This document shows positions 38,201 to 50,521 of a stretch of DNA of 64,000 bases, one piece after another. Numbering within the stretch: position 1 is the first letter of the stretch; each line of letters starts with the position of its first letter. This DNA comes from Balanoglossus misakiensis (Eukaryota > Animalia > Hemichordata), in contig CM082597.2 of assembly GCA_040954595.2 (NCBI GenBank), positions 9,331,778 to 9,395,777 of the forward strand. Direction: 5' to 3'. Under the pieces are notes generated by a model. The model saw nothing but the letters and a program-made list of their open reading frames with translations, did no database searches and was not told the DNA's origin. The position numbers and the translations under genes were made by a program.

Positions 38201-41200
38201 CATTCTGCAGTAAGAGAGCTACATCTGTGGAAATCCTGAGCAGAGGCAAGAGTGGTACAGTGAACGTGCGCAAAGAAGTCATTTTGTCATCTGGAACCAT
38301 CGCTTCTCCCCAGGTATAATTCGAAGTTTGTAATTCCGACAGCATGATATTTCACTGTTACATCGCTTGAGTGCTGCATTTGGTGTACATAAATGTTCCA
38401 CCAATGTAGGTGGAGGTAGATGGTGGCGAACAGACGCGAGCAGATATAGAGACAGGCAGTTTGACGCATTTCTACAAGCCAACATGGTCGTAAAATATGC
38501 GTTGGATTTGTTTTGTTTAAGTCATTTTCTGGAACATTATCTCTTATTGAGTGTTTGTCATAAGGCCTGTGTATATTGAGCACATATACAGTTCTCTTTA
38601 AACTGTTTATTTCAGCTACTCATGTTGTCAGGAGTTGGACCCCGGGATCACCTTCAAGAATTAGGAATACCTGTGCTGTGCGATCTTCCAGTTGGTGAAA
38701 ACTTGCAGGTACAAGTGTTGTTCACGTTGTGTAGTCAACAATAGACACCAACTAAAGTTTAGGGACAGTGAGTAAATGCGCGATGTTAGCGATCAGGAAT
38801 TTTGCTTCCTGAATAAATCAAAAGCTGCAACTTTTGACATTGATTTAAATTTATGCATACTTCAATCTTATCCTTGACTTTAGTCGACAAACGACACCAT
38901 TTTTGAATTTGTGGTACTCATACCTGTGTGCGAATACCATGATAAGTTTCAGACTTACGAAACACGGACGAAGGTGATTTGACATAAAATAACAAATTGT
39001 CGTTTATAAAGTTTTATTTATTGAGGGTTCTGCAATGATCCCACTAAGAATTATGGTTCTGTTTTTTATTATATCTTTTTGCTGAATTACTTTAAATTCA
39101 CATAACGTATTAATATGTATGTATCTAAATGATCTGCCATATTATTTTGATTGCCAATCAAGTCTCAGTGTTAATGTGATCCTGTTTTATTCATAGGATC
39201 ACATAATGACGTTCATCAAATATAAAGGCAATGCTGGTGGCATCGAAAAGGTACGTGTTAACCCTAACTATCTCTTGTTGATCGGTTTATGTGGTTGCAG
39301 AACCTGTAAAACAGATCGATATATGATGTGAGGCATATTCTTCATTTCCTGATTCGTTTCCCCGAAAATATGGTACACGAAAAAGATATTGCAAAGCCTT
39401 ACATTTTTATACATCCTATATAACATTTTTATATATGGAATGTAATTTACATATAAATGTATACGTAACAATGCTACTATTAATATTTAAATTATAGGCT
39501 TGGGTCACGAGCGGCCACGAAGTAAATGCATGCATCAAGACATTAGTAAGACGTTTTCGCTACTACAAATACTTGATGAAGCCACATCAGATGTTTACGG
39601 TGTATAATGTATTCGATCTTTTGCGATTTGATCATGAAGTCTGTTAGGGAATCAGAAGATGACTTTATATAGTACACCATTTCATAAGTATACCGTCCTC
39701 ACACGGCCTTCATGAATTTGCATCTCAAAGCGAAGCCAATGTAGGAAGGACCATTGATGTGATTGGCCAACGTTCCGCCATGAGCCTCGATTTGAGTTCA
39801 AATTCACGATGGCCGCTTGAGGGCGCTAGACTTACGAAAAGGGTGTACATTGTATAATTGGAAATCATTCACAGAGACATATTGGCGTTAACTTTTGAAT
39901 TCCTCCGAGTGATGCATTACCTGGACCTTTATTTAAATATTCATAATCAACATTGATGCAATGTCATACAGCTATAATTTCTAACCAATGTACAGTGTTC
40001 GCCAAATTAGCAAAATGAACAATGCCTAGTAGAATATTTTACTGATGTATGCACCAAGCAATTGGTCTCCTATGTATTACCTAATTTTTGGTGAACTGTC
40101 TCATCACATGCAAACTGAATGGGACTTCTTGATTTTTTTCAATTATTAAAAAAACAGGACGAGCTTCCATGGCCTGACATTACTTTGATCTTCACTCCCT
40201 TTTATTATGCCCTTGGGAGTGGTGAAAAGACGAAGCTCAACATCAGCGAGGAGTGAGTAGTTCTAGCAACTTACCTGTTTTGCTGTCAGGAGAATTACAC
40301 ATGTTGTACTCTTCATGTTTTACCGCATTCACTTTCGGTCAGGTTATCAGATCCATTGGTGATGTGGATATGCAGGTCGCAAAATGCCGCGGAAAAACTG
40401 CTCATATAAAAATGCACTAATACACTGGACAAACTTTTATCCGATACGTGCATCGGGCATTTCAAAAACCCATCCAAATCTGAAATTAGCTCGAACTGTC
40501 ACATACATGTGTATTAATATCAGTCAAGCGAAAACACAGTTTACATGCCCTACCAGTATAATGCCTCATATTTCGTGTCCCCCACACTAGGTTGAGAAAA
40601 TGCATAGCTCACACTTTACATATTTTCTACAATTGTGCGTAGAAAGGTCAATGGGTAAATACCGCTCTGGCATTATAGAACTATGATAGTGTATATGGTT
40701 CCCAAATAATTCAAATACATTTCAGATATAGCGAGATTCTTGAACACGAAGACGATGCCGCAATGGACGCCACACAGGGAGCAGCGTTCTTTCCGGGACT
40801 GCTTCACCCAAAGAGTGTTGGTGATCTAAAACTCGGTAGTAAAAATCCACTTAATCATCCAATAATTGATCCCCACTATCTGGAGGATCCAGAAGACGTA
40901 CAGACTATGATAAGGGTAAGACTTGTTCCTTATGAGAGGTTTGCGGATTTATTTAATGTGGATCAACTCTTGCATTTATATCTTAAATTTATTCACTTAA
41001 TAGGGTGTTCGTCTAATTCAGAAGTTGATGAATACACACGCAATGAAAGGTCATGGGTAGGTCTATTTTAAATTCGTTGTTTAAAGAGTGATAGTGGAGC
41101 GTTTTCTATGATATTTATGGCAAAGAGCAAAGACCAGCCACAGACACAAAGAAAGAGACGGAGACAGAAAGAGACAGAAGGTATTAAAGTAGATAGAAGT

Positions 41201-41894
41201 TACAGACAGCGTATGAAAAAGAGAGTGTGCATGAGGAGTTAGTTTTATCGTTGGTGCGCTTTCTGTTTTGTATTCCACTTTTCTATGGGGAAATACTCGT
41301 AAGGTAGACTATGAACAGACAGAACATCCCATATCGTCCTCTTCTCTTGCAGGATCACTCCAACGTTGTACAAGTTCAGCAATTGTCCCCACGATATTGA
41401 CAGCGATGAATACTGGGAACATGTTATTCGTCACCTAACTTGTGCTATGTGGCATGCTGTGGGGACTTGTAAAATGGGCGCGTCGGATGATCCATCTGCT
41501 GTGGTTGACCCAAGCCTCAGGTGAAATTCTTATGGCTGCTTTTACACGTGTTTGTTCTCTTTTAGCTGAAGGCCGAGGGCCTCGTGCCTATCATATTTTC
41601 TATCATGCACGCGGATTAATTTAGTTGATTAATAGCGGCATGGGTAATTATCGCACTTTAACATGAAATATTTCCACCAATTTCAATAAACTGGCAATTT
41701 ATTTTTCCAATATTTGTAGCATCATGTTTTAATCTCTGGTTTGAAATGTGATATTTTTCTTCAGAGTACGAGGCTTAGACAACGTTCGCGTAGCAGATGC
41801 TTCCGTCATGCCACATCTCATCTCTGGCTATCCACTCGCACCAACGATTATGATCGCTGAAAAGGCTGCAGACTTGATCAAGCAAGACATGTGA
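35226..41894 (+). CDS. GMC oxidoreductase, paralogue 2, ~547 aa
   Basis: 15 exons: 35226-35432, 36491-36556, 36852-36997, 37498-37598, 37829-37878, 37971-38096, 38197-38313, 38616-38708, 39197-39250, 39498-39545, 40158-40252, 40726-40915, 41004-41056, 41353-41520, 41765-41894. Motifs [26 protein letters not shown] and SGYPLAP. Exon sizes mirror paralogue 1. Confidence 0.95.
37011..37051. repeat. (GAGT)n microsatellite
   Basis: Tetranucleotide run in GMC2 intron 3. Confidence 0.9.
39673..39847. mobile_element. Palindromic MITE-like repeat
   Basis: Ends TACACCATTTCATAAGT and ACTTACGAAAAGGGTGTA; inner arms CATGAATTTGCATCTCAAA and TTTGAGTTCAAATTCACG. Confidence 0.5.
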
Positions 41895-42899
41895 ACGAGA
41901 TTCGAAAGAATACAGTGGCGAACACAAAAACGTAGCGGGAACGAAAATCCAACGTACTGGGCTATCAGTTTGGCAGTTTTCTATATAGAAAATTACACTT
42001 TTTGTGAGTTTTTGTTTAAAATTTCATTAAAATGTGGTCGTGATCTTGAGTTTGACCACGACCAATCAATCATGACAAAATGGCGTCGGACCAAACACGA
42101 CCGACCAATGAAGTATGATTTTATGTCCTTCTCATGTTTACACATTGCGCAAAATATTCAATAAGATTTGGAAGACTGTTTTTACGACACCATTTACGGC
42201 ATCTCACAGGTGCAAAGTTGGACAGACAGTAACTTTACAATACCCGCCCTTAGTAATAAATTAATGACAAGCCACAGAAACTATCAAATGTTCCAAATTG
42301 CCATAAAATATAAGTGATAAAATTTTAGCAAATGTAGAAAATTACATTTTATATGCCTCTTAAAACATAATTTACAGGTCTGAAGCAGTAAACGCTACAA
42401 TGGTGACTATTTCGTAAATTTTAATGTATAACATAAATATCGATGTGTCCATGTCAAAGAGTAAGATTTATCTCACATCCGAATATTTGTTCTAGTAAAA
42501 TTAAATTAATCAAGCGTAGAATTTTAATTACACATTTGGTATTTAAATTATATCCTCTCTAAATATTCGGCAGAAGATTGACGATTTACAAATGATAATG
42601 ATTACTGGTGCAACTTTTTTATAACAAATTGCATACATTTTTTTTATCAAACATGATTATGCCATGCTTCATAAAATCTGCTTGTTGGGAACGCGAATGA
42701 CTACCTGTTTCGGTATCCATCGTATTTGTTAAGCAAACAAATCGCAATTGTATTGAAACACCCTCTGTGAAATAAAGTCTATAAATGCGATGGATCATAC
42801 CAGCTAACACCACTCCTGAGAATACAGCTGGTTATGTTGTATATTCTAACCTTAACTAATTACCTAGCAGGAAGACCGACTGACCAAAGTAGTGAAGAA

Positions 42900-42962
42900 A
42901 TGAAGACCCTCGCGGCCATTGTTTTTCTGTTAGCCGTAAGCAGTTACTTCTGTTTTACGGAG
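42900..42962 (+). CDS. Signal-peptide exon of a probable secreted protein; remaining exons not found in the window
   Basis: MKTLAAIVFLLAVSSYFCFTE, with an acceptor at 42870, donor GAG|GTGAGA and a TATAAA at ~42780. Confidence 0.6.
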
Positions 42963-43359
42963 GTGAGAGTCCTTTTCTGTTTTGTTGGTCGACGTATATT
43001 TTTTTGTTACTGTCAAACGCTCATTATGAACGAGGGAAAGTTCAGTAATTGTAAATGCACTTACCTAGCTACCTCACACTGTTTCTGTTCGACAATGAAT
43101 ATAAATGTAACTCATGTAAGATGCGCCATATTTTGTATAAAAAACTGTGTGATGATGTGCTATGGCCATTACTCGCATATATGCACATTTGTAAGACTTG
43201 AAATGTCCAACAACATTAATCGCGAATGTCGTTCAAATTGCCGGTGAACGACTGACGTTGCCCTGGCGGTTCTATTCAACATACATTTCTCATGGTTCTG
43301 TGATGAAGTATAGTACATTTTACATGTAGATGTGTATAGTCAGTGTTTGTTTTCTAATA

Positions 43360-44289
43360 CCGTAATCGTTCTATCGGTTCGACCACTCCATTAGTTCGTC
43401 CACCCACTATTTTTCAGATAATTAATTATTTTACAACCCCTACAATTTCGCCTAGTGCTAAACGCGTAACCGTTTTCCCCTTGGCCTGAGCTCAAACCGC
43501 CATGAATGAATGACCCTTGTCTGACCTCAAATCAGGCGTGAATAGTTAATTAAGGAAAGGGGTCATTTTGTAACAGGGGGGTGGCTGAAAATTGAGGGGA
43601 TACAAGTGGCAGTTTCTAATGAGCTTGCATGTAAAATTACCCCCTGAAAAGAGCGATGTTTAGCACCTTGCTTAGTCAACGGTCAATTTGCCTTGTTGCT
43701 GATGGTCATCAGTAAAATGAGGAGCCCCAAAACCTACAGGCAAAGCCTTGAGGTAGTCGGAACTTACTGCAGCTGGGGCTCTGCTGAAAAAAATTGAGAC
43801 GCCCAGTGGAAGTGATAGTGAAACTTGTAGCAAAGTTCATGGTGATAATTGCTAGGCAACTAGGTCTTGCCATTGTCTGGCTAAAAATACATCCCTGTGC
43901 GTGAATAAATTAAAAACGTCTTTGTCCCAAGGGACCAACTCAAAGCAAGTTCCCACATCCCTATGCTTTTATATTACGCACTGGTTTCAAAGCTGTAAGA
44001 CTCACAGGCGGTACCGTAGAAGCGCTTATACTTATAGGATGACTGTACAAATACTGGAAAAGTGTGGATTTTCTCGGATCTTCCATTTATTTGATGTGGA
44101 ACAACAAATGGGACAAGTGGCGAAATGTGTTGTTGATTTGAAAATCGCACCATGAAGCCTATTTGAACCTAATTTGCATAAATGTCCGAGGGGGTCTTCT
44201 GGCACTTTGACTCATTTTTACCCCCATTGTTTCGTCTTTTTGTAAAGAATAATTATTTTTTCCTGGTCGAACCGAAGGATAGATTACGG
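43360..44289. mobile_element. Tc1/mariner-pogo-type non-autonomous element with TA target duplication
   Basis: TA|CCGTAATCGTTCTATCGGTTCGACCA ... TGGTCGAACCGAAGGATAGATTACGG|TA. About 700 bp of it recurs inside the composite elements. Confidence 0.82.
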
Positions 44290-44710
44290 TATATCCCACG
44301 GCGTTGGTTCTGGGCGGGTAATTTGGTTTCAACCTCTGTGGTTACACTGGCATGATTACATTTATCCCAGTGCACTCGTATGGTCCTCATGGTGTATCAT
44401 TATTAGGCGAATATATGTTTTGTTATGGTCATGGCAAATCTAAATCACTGAAAGTAGACGTCTTGTTGAGAACAGTATGAATTAGTAATTAGTGTTCCAT
44501 ATATGTACGTTTACCCGCCCACTCTCTGGTATGTAACCACGCCCACTTGAAGGGTACGTGTAGAGCATGGTACCGGTAATAAAGTAGAAGTTGCTTAGTG
44601 TTGTTACTTGACACACGTCTCCGTTCCATTCTCTAAGTACAAACGAACCCCGCGTGCATTACAAGCACACATTGATGGTGCCGAGACCAGGATACTGTAC
44701 TTGAGACGAG

Positions 44711-46570
44711 ATGGATAATCTGGAACGGATGAAAAGGAGCAGAACCGCAAACCGCGGGCAGATGACCAAGATTCTCAATCAATTAGACCAAGCTTTCGAT
44801 GCCGCAAAATCAGAAGTCGACGAGACAATATTGGACGTCATCCACGCTAAGTTGGAAGTAGCCTCCGCAAAACTACAGCACTTGCAAGATTTAGATAACA
44901 GCATCCTCGACAAGACAGATGATGAAGAGTTAGAAGAAGCCACCACAAATACCGATGAATACCACAACGGTCAAACAAAGGTTGGTCATTTTTCAGAGAC
45001 ATTTAAGTAGACTGAGCATGAAAGTCGGAAGAGACGAGGAAACAAAGCTCAACCCAACAGCGGCTTCGTTCATGCCAAATGTAACGCATACAACCTACAA
45101 GAACGTACAACTTCCAAAACTATCGTTAGCAAAGTTTTCCGGGAATGTACTGGAGTGGCAAAGTTTTTTCGATGGCTTCCTGGCTGCAGTACATAGTGAC
45201 AAGAGCTTGAACGATGTTCAGAAATTACATTACTTGAGAGGACAACTCTCTGGCGAAGCAGCTAGGGCCATCGAGCGACTTCAACTCACCGAAGCAAACT
45301 ATTCGAATGTTATCGAAATCTTACGCGAAAGATATGGTCGAGACCACATTATAAAGGCTGCCTACATGAAGGCCCTTTGGGAACTGCCCACACCTAATGA
45401 AGACCTTGCGAGTATACGGGAATTTTACGACTCGATCGAAAGCTACATTCGAGGTCTGAGATCGCTCGGAAAGGACGAATCGTCATACGGAGACCTGCTC
45501 GTGCCAATCATTATGGAGAAACTACCGGGTAGAATGCGCGAATTCATAGCCAGAGATCATGGTACATCCCACGAGTGGACACTACAGAAATTACGCGAGG
45601 CTATACAACGAGAAATAGATGCTATGGAAGCCGGACAATCGTTATCCGCATTATCTATATCGCCGCTAAGCCACCATGAAACACAACCGCGCGCAACAGC
45701 CGCATTCTACACCATGGGAGAAACCAAGTCTACACCGCGAAAATGCCCATATTGCAAAGAAGAATCGCACAACCCTCTTAACTGTAACAAGGTAACCACC
45801 GCAGATCAGCGATTAGAAATCGTAAAACGCGAACGCCTTTGCTTCAATTGCTTGGGTAACCATCGAGCTTCTCAGTGTAAGTCGAAAAACCGCTGCAGAA
45901 ACTGTAAACGAAAGCATCACACGTCGTTGTGTTCACCAACGCAATCCGCAGAAAAATTGGACAGACAAGCAGAAACAGCAGAAGCTCCCACCACAGTTCA
46001 CGCGAAATCGGTCTCGACAGTAGAAACCAACTCTCCTACCGACATGAGTCTCGCAACCGCAACGGACAGAGGAGCCGTGTTGTTGAAAACCGCCGTAGCG
46101 CAAGTCTCTAGCCCCTCAACAATCGCGACAGCTACGATACTGATCGACGAAGGAGCCACTAAGTCCTTCATCACACAAGATATGACAGAACAATTAAGAC
46201 TAGAATCAGACCGCTCACAAGTAATCGATCTTGCCGCATTTGGAGACACGAAAACCTCTGCGAGGTCTCTCAATCAAGTGACATTCTCATTGCACACTAC
46301 TTCTGGATCGAAGCTAGATATTACCGCGCTAGTCGTGCCCAAAATATCGGCGCCCTTGAGGAATCTCATCAGCCCCTCTATATTAGAGCTACCGCATTTT
46401 AAGGGGTTTGAATTTCGCGCACCCGCACTCAGATTCGGACACTTTCGAAATATCTATACTTCTCGGAGCCGATTATTATTGGCAGTTGATTGAAGATGAG
46501 ATCATCCGCGGAAAGGGGCCAACAGCTGTGAAATCGAAATTGGGATATCTTCTATCGGGACCCACTCACA
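44711..46570 (+). pseudogene. BEL/Pao gag-protease, frameshifted
   Basis: ORFs 44711-45010, 44955-46493 and 46408 onward join through frameshifts. Confidence 0.88.
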
Positions 46571-46571
46571 C

Positions 46572-46612
46572 CACAGGGGACTCTCCCTCCGCGATTTTGT
46601 TTGTTTGTTTGT

Positions 46613-46659
<47 letters not shown>

Positions 46660-47587
46660 GATGATGATTGTATGCATAATAAACAAATACATATTTCTTT
46701 ATTAATAAATATGGTTTGTTGACATGTAAAGGTTAGGGTATATTCGACAGGTTAGGGTTAGTGTTTCGATTCACGGCCCCGGGCATCACTAAGCCACAAA
46801 GAGAGACAAGGGTGGAAACTAGCCCAGTACGGCCAAACATGAATGTCTCGTTTCGGAAGGTTAAAAACGTTAGTGAGATTCAAATTGGACCAATCAAATA
46901 GCTTGTTAGTCCTGCAAGGGGACGTTAATCGATTTCAGCCTGGTCCCAGGATGAACTTACTTCGGCGTATTTTAACATATTTTCCCCCTTATAATAACAG
47001 GCTCACGACTCTTTTACGTACAGAAATACATCAGCACATGTTTTATGACAAAAATCACACACAAGCGTAAATCTTTGTGAAACGTGGTCACTTTGAACCA
47101 ATTTGAATTTTGCCTTCCGAAACGAGACATTTAAGTTTGTCCATGGTTTGCTATAAAAACTGTACGGATGTCAACGGAGAACGATGTGAAATATCGCCGA
47201 TTTATACTTTTTATTGAATTATAGGATATATATAGTAAGTATAGAGTATGTTGTCACTGCAAACGTAATATTTCAATTGTCAGACATTTATTTGTTGTGT
47301 TATTCTGGACTTAAAAAATACGGTGCTGGGACCCGGAAATGGGCTACTCTCCACCCTTGTCTCTCTTTGTGGCTTAGTGATATGTCCGGGGCCGTGGATC
47401 GAAAAAAATGCCAACACTGACCCTAACCGTTGATAATACCCTAACACTTACATGTCAACAAACCATATTTATTAATAAAGAAAAATGTATTTGTTTATTA
47501 TGCCAAAAATCATCATCATCATCAACAACAACAAACAAACAAACAAACAAACAAACAAACAAAATCGCGGAGGGAGAGTCCCCTGTG
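46572..47587. mobile_element. Foldback-type MITE with ~245-bp TIRs and CACAG termini, inserted in BEL pol
   Basis: CACAGGGGACTCTCCCTCCGCGATTTTGTTTG ... CAAACAAAATCGCGGAGGGAGAGTCCCCTGTG. The arms include (GTT)n/(AAC)n tracts and CACTAAGCCACAAAGAGAGACAAGGGTGGA. Confidence 0.88.
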
Positions 47588-47599
47588 GTTTTTATGGCC

Positions 47600-48746
47600 A
47601 TCAGACTACCGCGATCCGGAAAGCAAGTTTGACGTTTACCGTTTCAAGACAGTTTTTGGTGCAGTGTCGTCGCCCTTCATTTTAAACGCGGTCGTCCAAA
47701 CACACCTGGACTCAAATATCTCAAACGTGTGTCGCGACATCAAAGAAAACATCTACGTCGATAACGTCTTGAGTGGAGTAGACACTGAAGATGATGCATG
47801 TGATTACTACAGTGAAGCCAAGTCAGTAATGGATAAGGGCGGTTTCAATCTCCGTTCGTGGGCCTCGAACTGTTCGGAATTTACACGACCTAGCGAAGCA
47901 GCATCAGGATTTAGACAGCGACACAACGGTGAATGCCTTCGGCCTACTTTGGAACACTGATTCTGATGCAATTTCGTACAAACGAAAGGAACTTGACAAC
48001 GGAAATCTGGTAACTAAGAGAGAAATCGTCCGCAACACTGCAAAGATGTATGACCCGCTTGGACTTCTCGCGCCAGTGAAGGCAAAATGTCTTATTCAAG
48101 AAGTTTGGAAACGAACCACTACCGCGAATTCTGAGTGACATTTGGACGAACACACGCAGAGACTTAATTACCGCAACAGATGAGTTCTCGATCAACAGGA
48201 AATACTTCGAATGCCAGGCTAATTGTCGAGAACCTTATGAATTACATGTGTTTGCAGATGCCAGTGTCAAGGCGTACGGTGCCGTCGCTTATCTTCGCCA
48301 TGGCAACAACACTGCTCTTGTCATGTCCAAGACTAGAGATGTTTAATTATTGCCCTACTGACAGCAATCCGGCGGACATTATCACACGTGGAATCGCCGC
48401 AAGTAAACTACATGAGAATGCACTATGGTGGACCGGCCCATATTGGCTGAAAAACGGTGAATGGCCCGCGTCAACTGTCAACTTCAATGCAGCCGCTAAT
48501 GATGAACGCGACCAAGCTCAGATCACTGGGTCATTTGAGGCCATCGCTACTCCGCGTCGCCATGGTGACACGTGTGAAGACATAGCGACTGTTATACACG
48601 CGACTCGCTACAGCTCATACGCCAAACTGTTACGTATTACCGCTCACATGAGAAGATTCGTTTCAAACTGCAGAAAAGCCCGCGATAAAAGAAATATCGG
48701 ACCTATCTCAGGGACAGAAATACGCGACGCTGAGAGAATGTGGACC
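47600..48746 (+). pseudogene. BEL/Pao RT and RNase H remnants
   Basis: SSPFILNA, IYVDNVLSG, TKREIV...MYDPLGLLAP and HVFADAS lie in different frames, with internal deletions. Confidence 0.85.
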
Positions 48747-48894
48747 GGAATTATTATAGTACATCAAATCATGATCAAATTCAACTCTATACGTACCAAT
48801 TTACATAAAGCGTTATATAAGAAAGTCAGTTCGGTGATGATTGACAACCAGAGCAGTCAGTGGTTTCTCATGATTGTTCATGCATCGGGGAATC

Positions 48895-48971
48895 TGTAGC
48901 GATGAGGTAACGGGCTCTGACAAGAACAGTGATCCACGGAGACACGTATCTGATTCACGTTCATTTATTGT
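48895..48971 (-). mobile_element. Probable LTR 3' end (R/U5) on the minus strand, repeated at 50446-50522
   Basis: Minus strand reads AATAAA...CGTGTCTCCG...CATCGCTACA: a poly(A) signal, then about 70 bp, then an ACA terminus. It directly abuts the satellite. Confidence 0.4.
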
Positions 48972-50096
48972 AACCAGGCCAGAGTGGCCAGTGTCGTGCC
49001 CATTAATTTTGAGTGTTTGGTGGGGTCAACCTTTGCGTCAACATTAACCAGACCAGAGTGGCCAGTGTCGTGCCCATTAATTTTGAGTGTTTGGTGGGGT
49101 CAACCTTTGCGTCAACCTTAACCAGGCCAGAGTGGCCAGTGTCGTGCCCATTAATTTTGAGTGTTTGGTGGGGTCAACCTTTGCGTCAACCTTAAACAGG
49201 CCAGAGCGGCCAGTGTCGTACCCATTAATTTTGAGTGTTTGGTGGGGTCAACCTTTGCGTCAACCTTAACCAGGCCAGAGTGGCCAGTGTCGTGCCCATT
49301 AATTTTGAGTGTTTGGTGGGGTCAACCTTTGCGTCAACCTTAACCAGGCCAGAGTGGCCAGTGTCGTGCCCATTAATTTTGAGTGTTTGGTGGGGTCAAC
49401 CTTTGCGTCAACCTTAACCAGGCCAGAGTGGCCAGTGTCGTGCCCATTAATTTTGAGTGTTTGGTGGGGTCAACCTTTGCGTCAGCCTTAACCAGGCCAG
49501 AGTGGCCAGTGTCGTGCCCATTAATTTTGAGTGTTTGGTGGGGTCAACCTTTGCGTCAACATTAACCAGGCCAAGGTGGCCAGTGTCGTGCCCAATAATT
49601 TTGAGTGTTTGGTGGGGTCAACCTTTGCGTCAACCTTAAACAGGCCAGAGCGGCCAGTGTCGTACCCATTAATTTTGAGTGTTTGGTGGGGTCAACCTTT
49701 GCGTCAACCTTAACCAGGCCAGAGTGGCCAGTGTCGTGCCCATTAATTTTGAGTGTTTGGTGGGGTCAACCTTTGCGTCAACCTTAACCAGGCCAGAGTG
49801 GCCAGTGTCGTGCCCATTAATTTTGAGTGTTTGGTGGGGTCAACCTTTGCGTCAACCTTAACCAGGCCAGAGTGGCCAGTGTCGTGCCCATTAATTTTGA
49901 GTGTTTGGTGGGGTCAACCTTTGCGTCAACCTTAACCAGGCCAAGGTGGCCAGTGTCGTGCCCATTAATTTTGAGTGTTTGGTGGGGTCAACCTTTGCGT
50001 CAACATTAACCAGGCCAGAGTGGCCAGTGTCGTGCCCATTAATTTTGAGTGTTTGGTGGGGTCAACCTTTGCGTCAACATTAACCAGGCCAAGGTG
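48972..50096. repeat. 74-bp tandem satellite, array 1 (~15 units)
   Basis: Unit TAACCAGGCCAGAGTGGCCAGTGTCGTGCCCATTAATTTTGAGTGTTTGGTGGGGTCAACCTTTGCGTCAACCT. ORF-track period is 74. Confidence 0.98.
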
Positions 50097-50521
50097 GCTA
50101 CTCCGCGTCGCCATGGTGACACGTGTGAAGACATAGCGACTGTTATACACGCGACTCGCTACAGCTCATACGCCAAACTGTTACGTATTACTGCTCACAT
50201 GAGAAGATTCGTTTCAAACTGCAGAAAAGCCCGCGATAAAAGAAATATCGGACCTATCTCAGGGACAGAAATACGCGACGCTGAGAGAATGTGGACCGGA
50301 ATTATTATAGTACATCAAATCATGATCAAATTCAACTCTATACGTACCAATTTACATAAAGCGTTATATAAGAAAGTCAGTTCGGTGATGATTGACAACC
50401 AGAGCAGTCAGTGGTTTCTCATGATTGTTCATGCATCGGGGAATCTGTAGCGATGAGGTAACGGGCTCTGACAAGAACAGTGATCCACGGAGACACGTAT
50501 CTGATTCACGTTCATTTATTG
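50097..50521 (+). repeat. Duplicate of 48546-48970 (BEL fragment plus array leader)
   Basis: Near-identical sequence at offset 1551. Confidence 0.95.

Larger units (their letters stand above)
44421..48746 (+). mobile_element. BEL/Pao LTR retrotransposon, decayed and 3'-truncated
   Basis: Putative 5' LTR ~44421-44671 (TGT...ACA, AATAAA at 44578) and PBS TGGTGCCGAGACCAGGAT (44676-44693, tRNA-His-like). Gag has LPKLSLAKFSG and three CCHC knuckles. Protease ILIDEGATKSF...LLGADY, RT YVDN, RNase H LHVFADAS..AYG and NPADIITRG follow. Integrase and 3' LTR are missing. Confidence 0.92.

Noticed and set aside
46720-46765. TTAGGG words suggesting an interstitial telomere
   Set aside because: Only two or three units, and they are part of the MITE terminal repeats.
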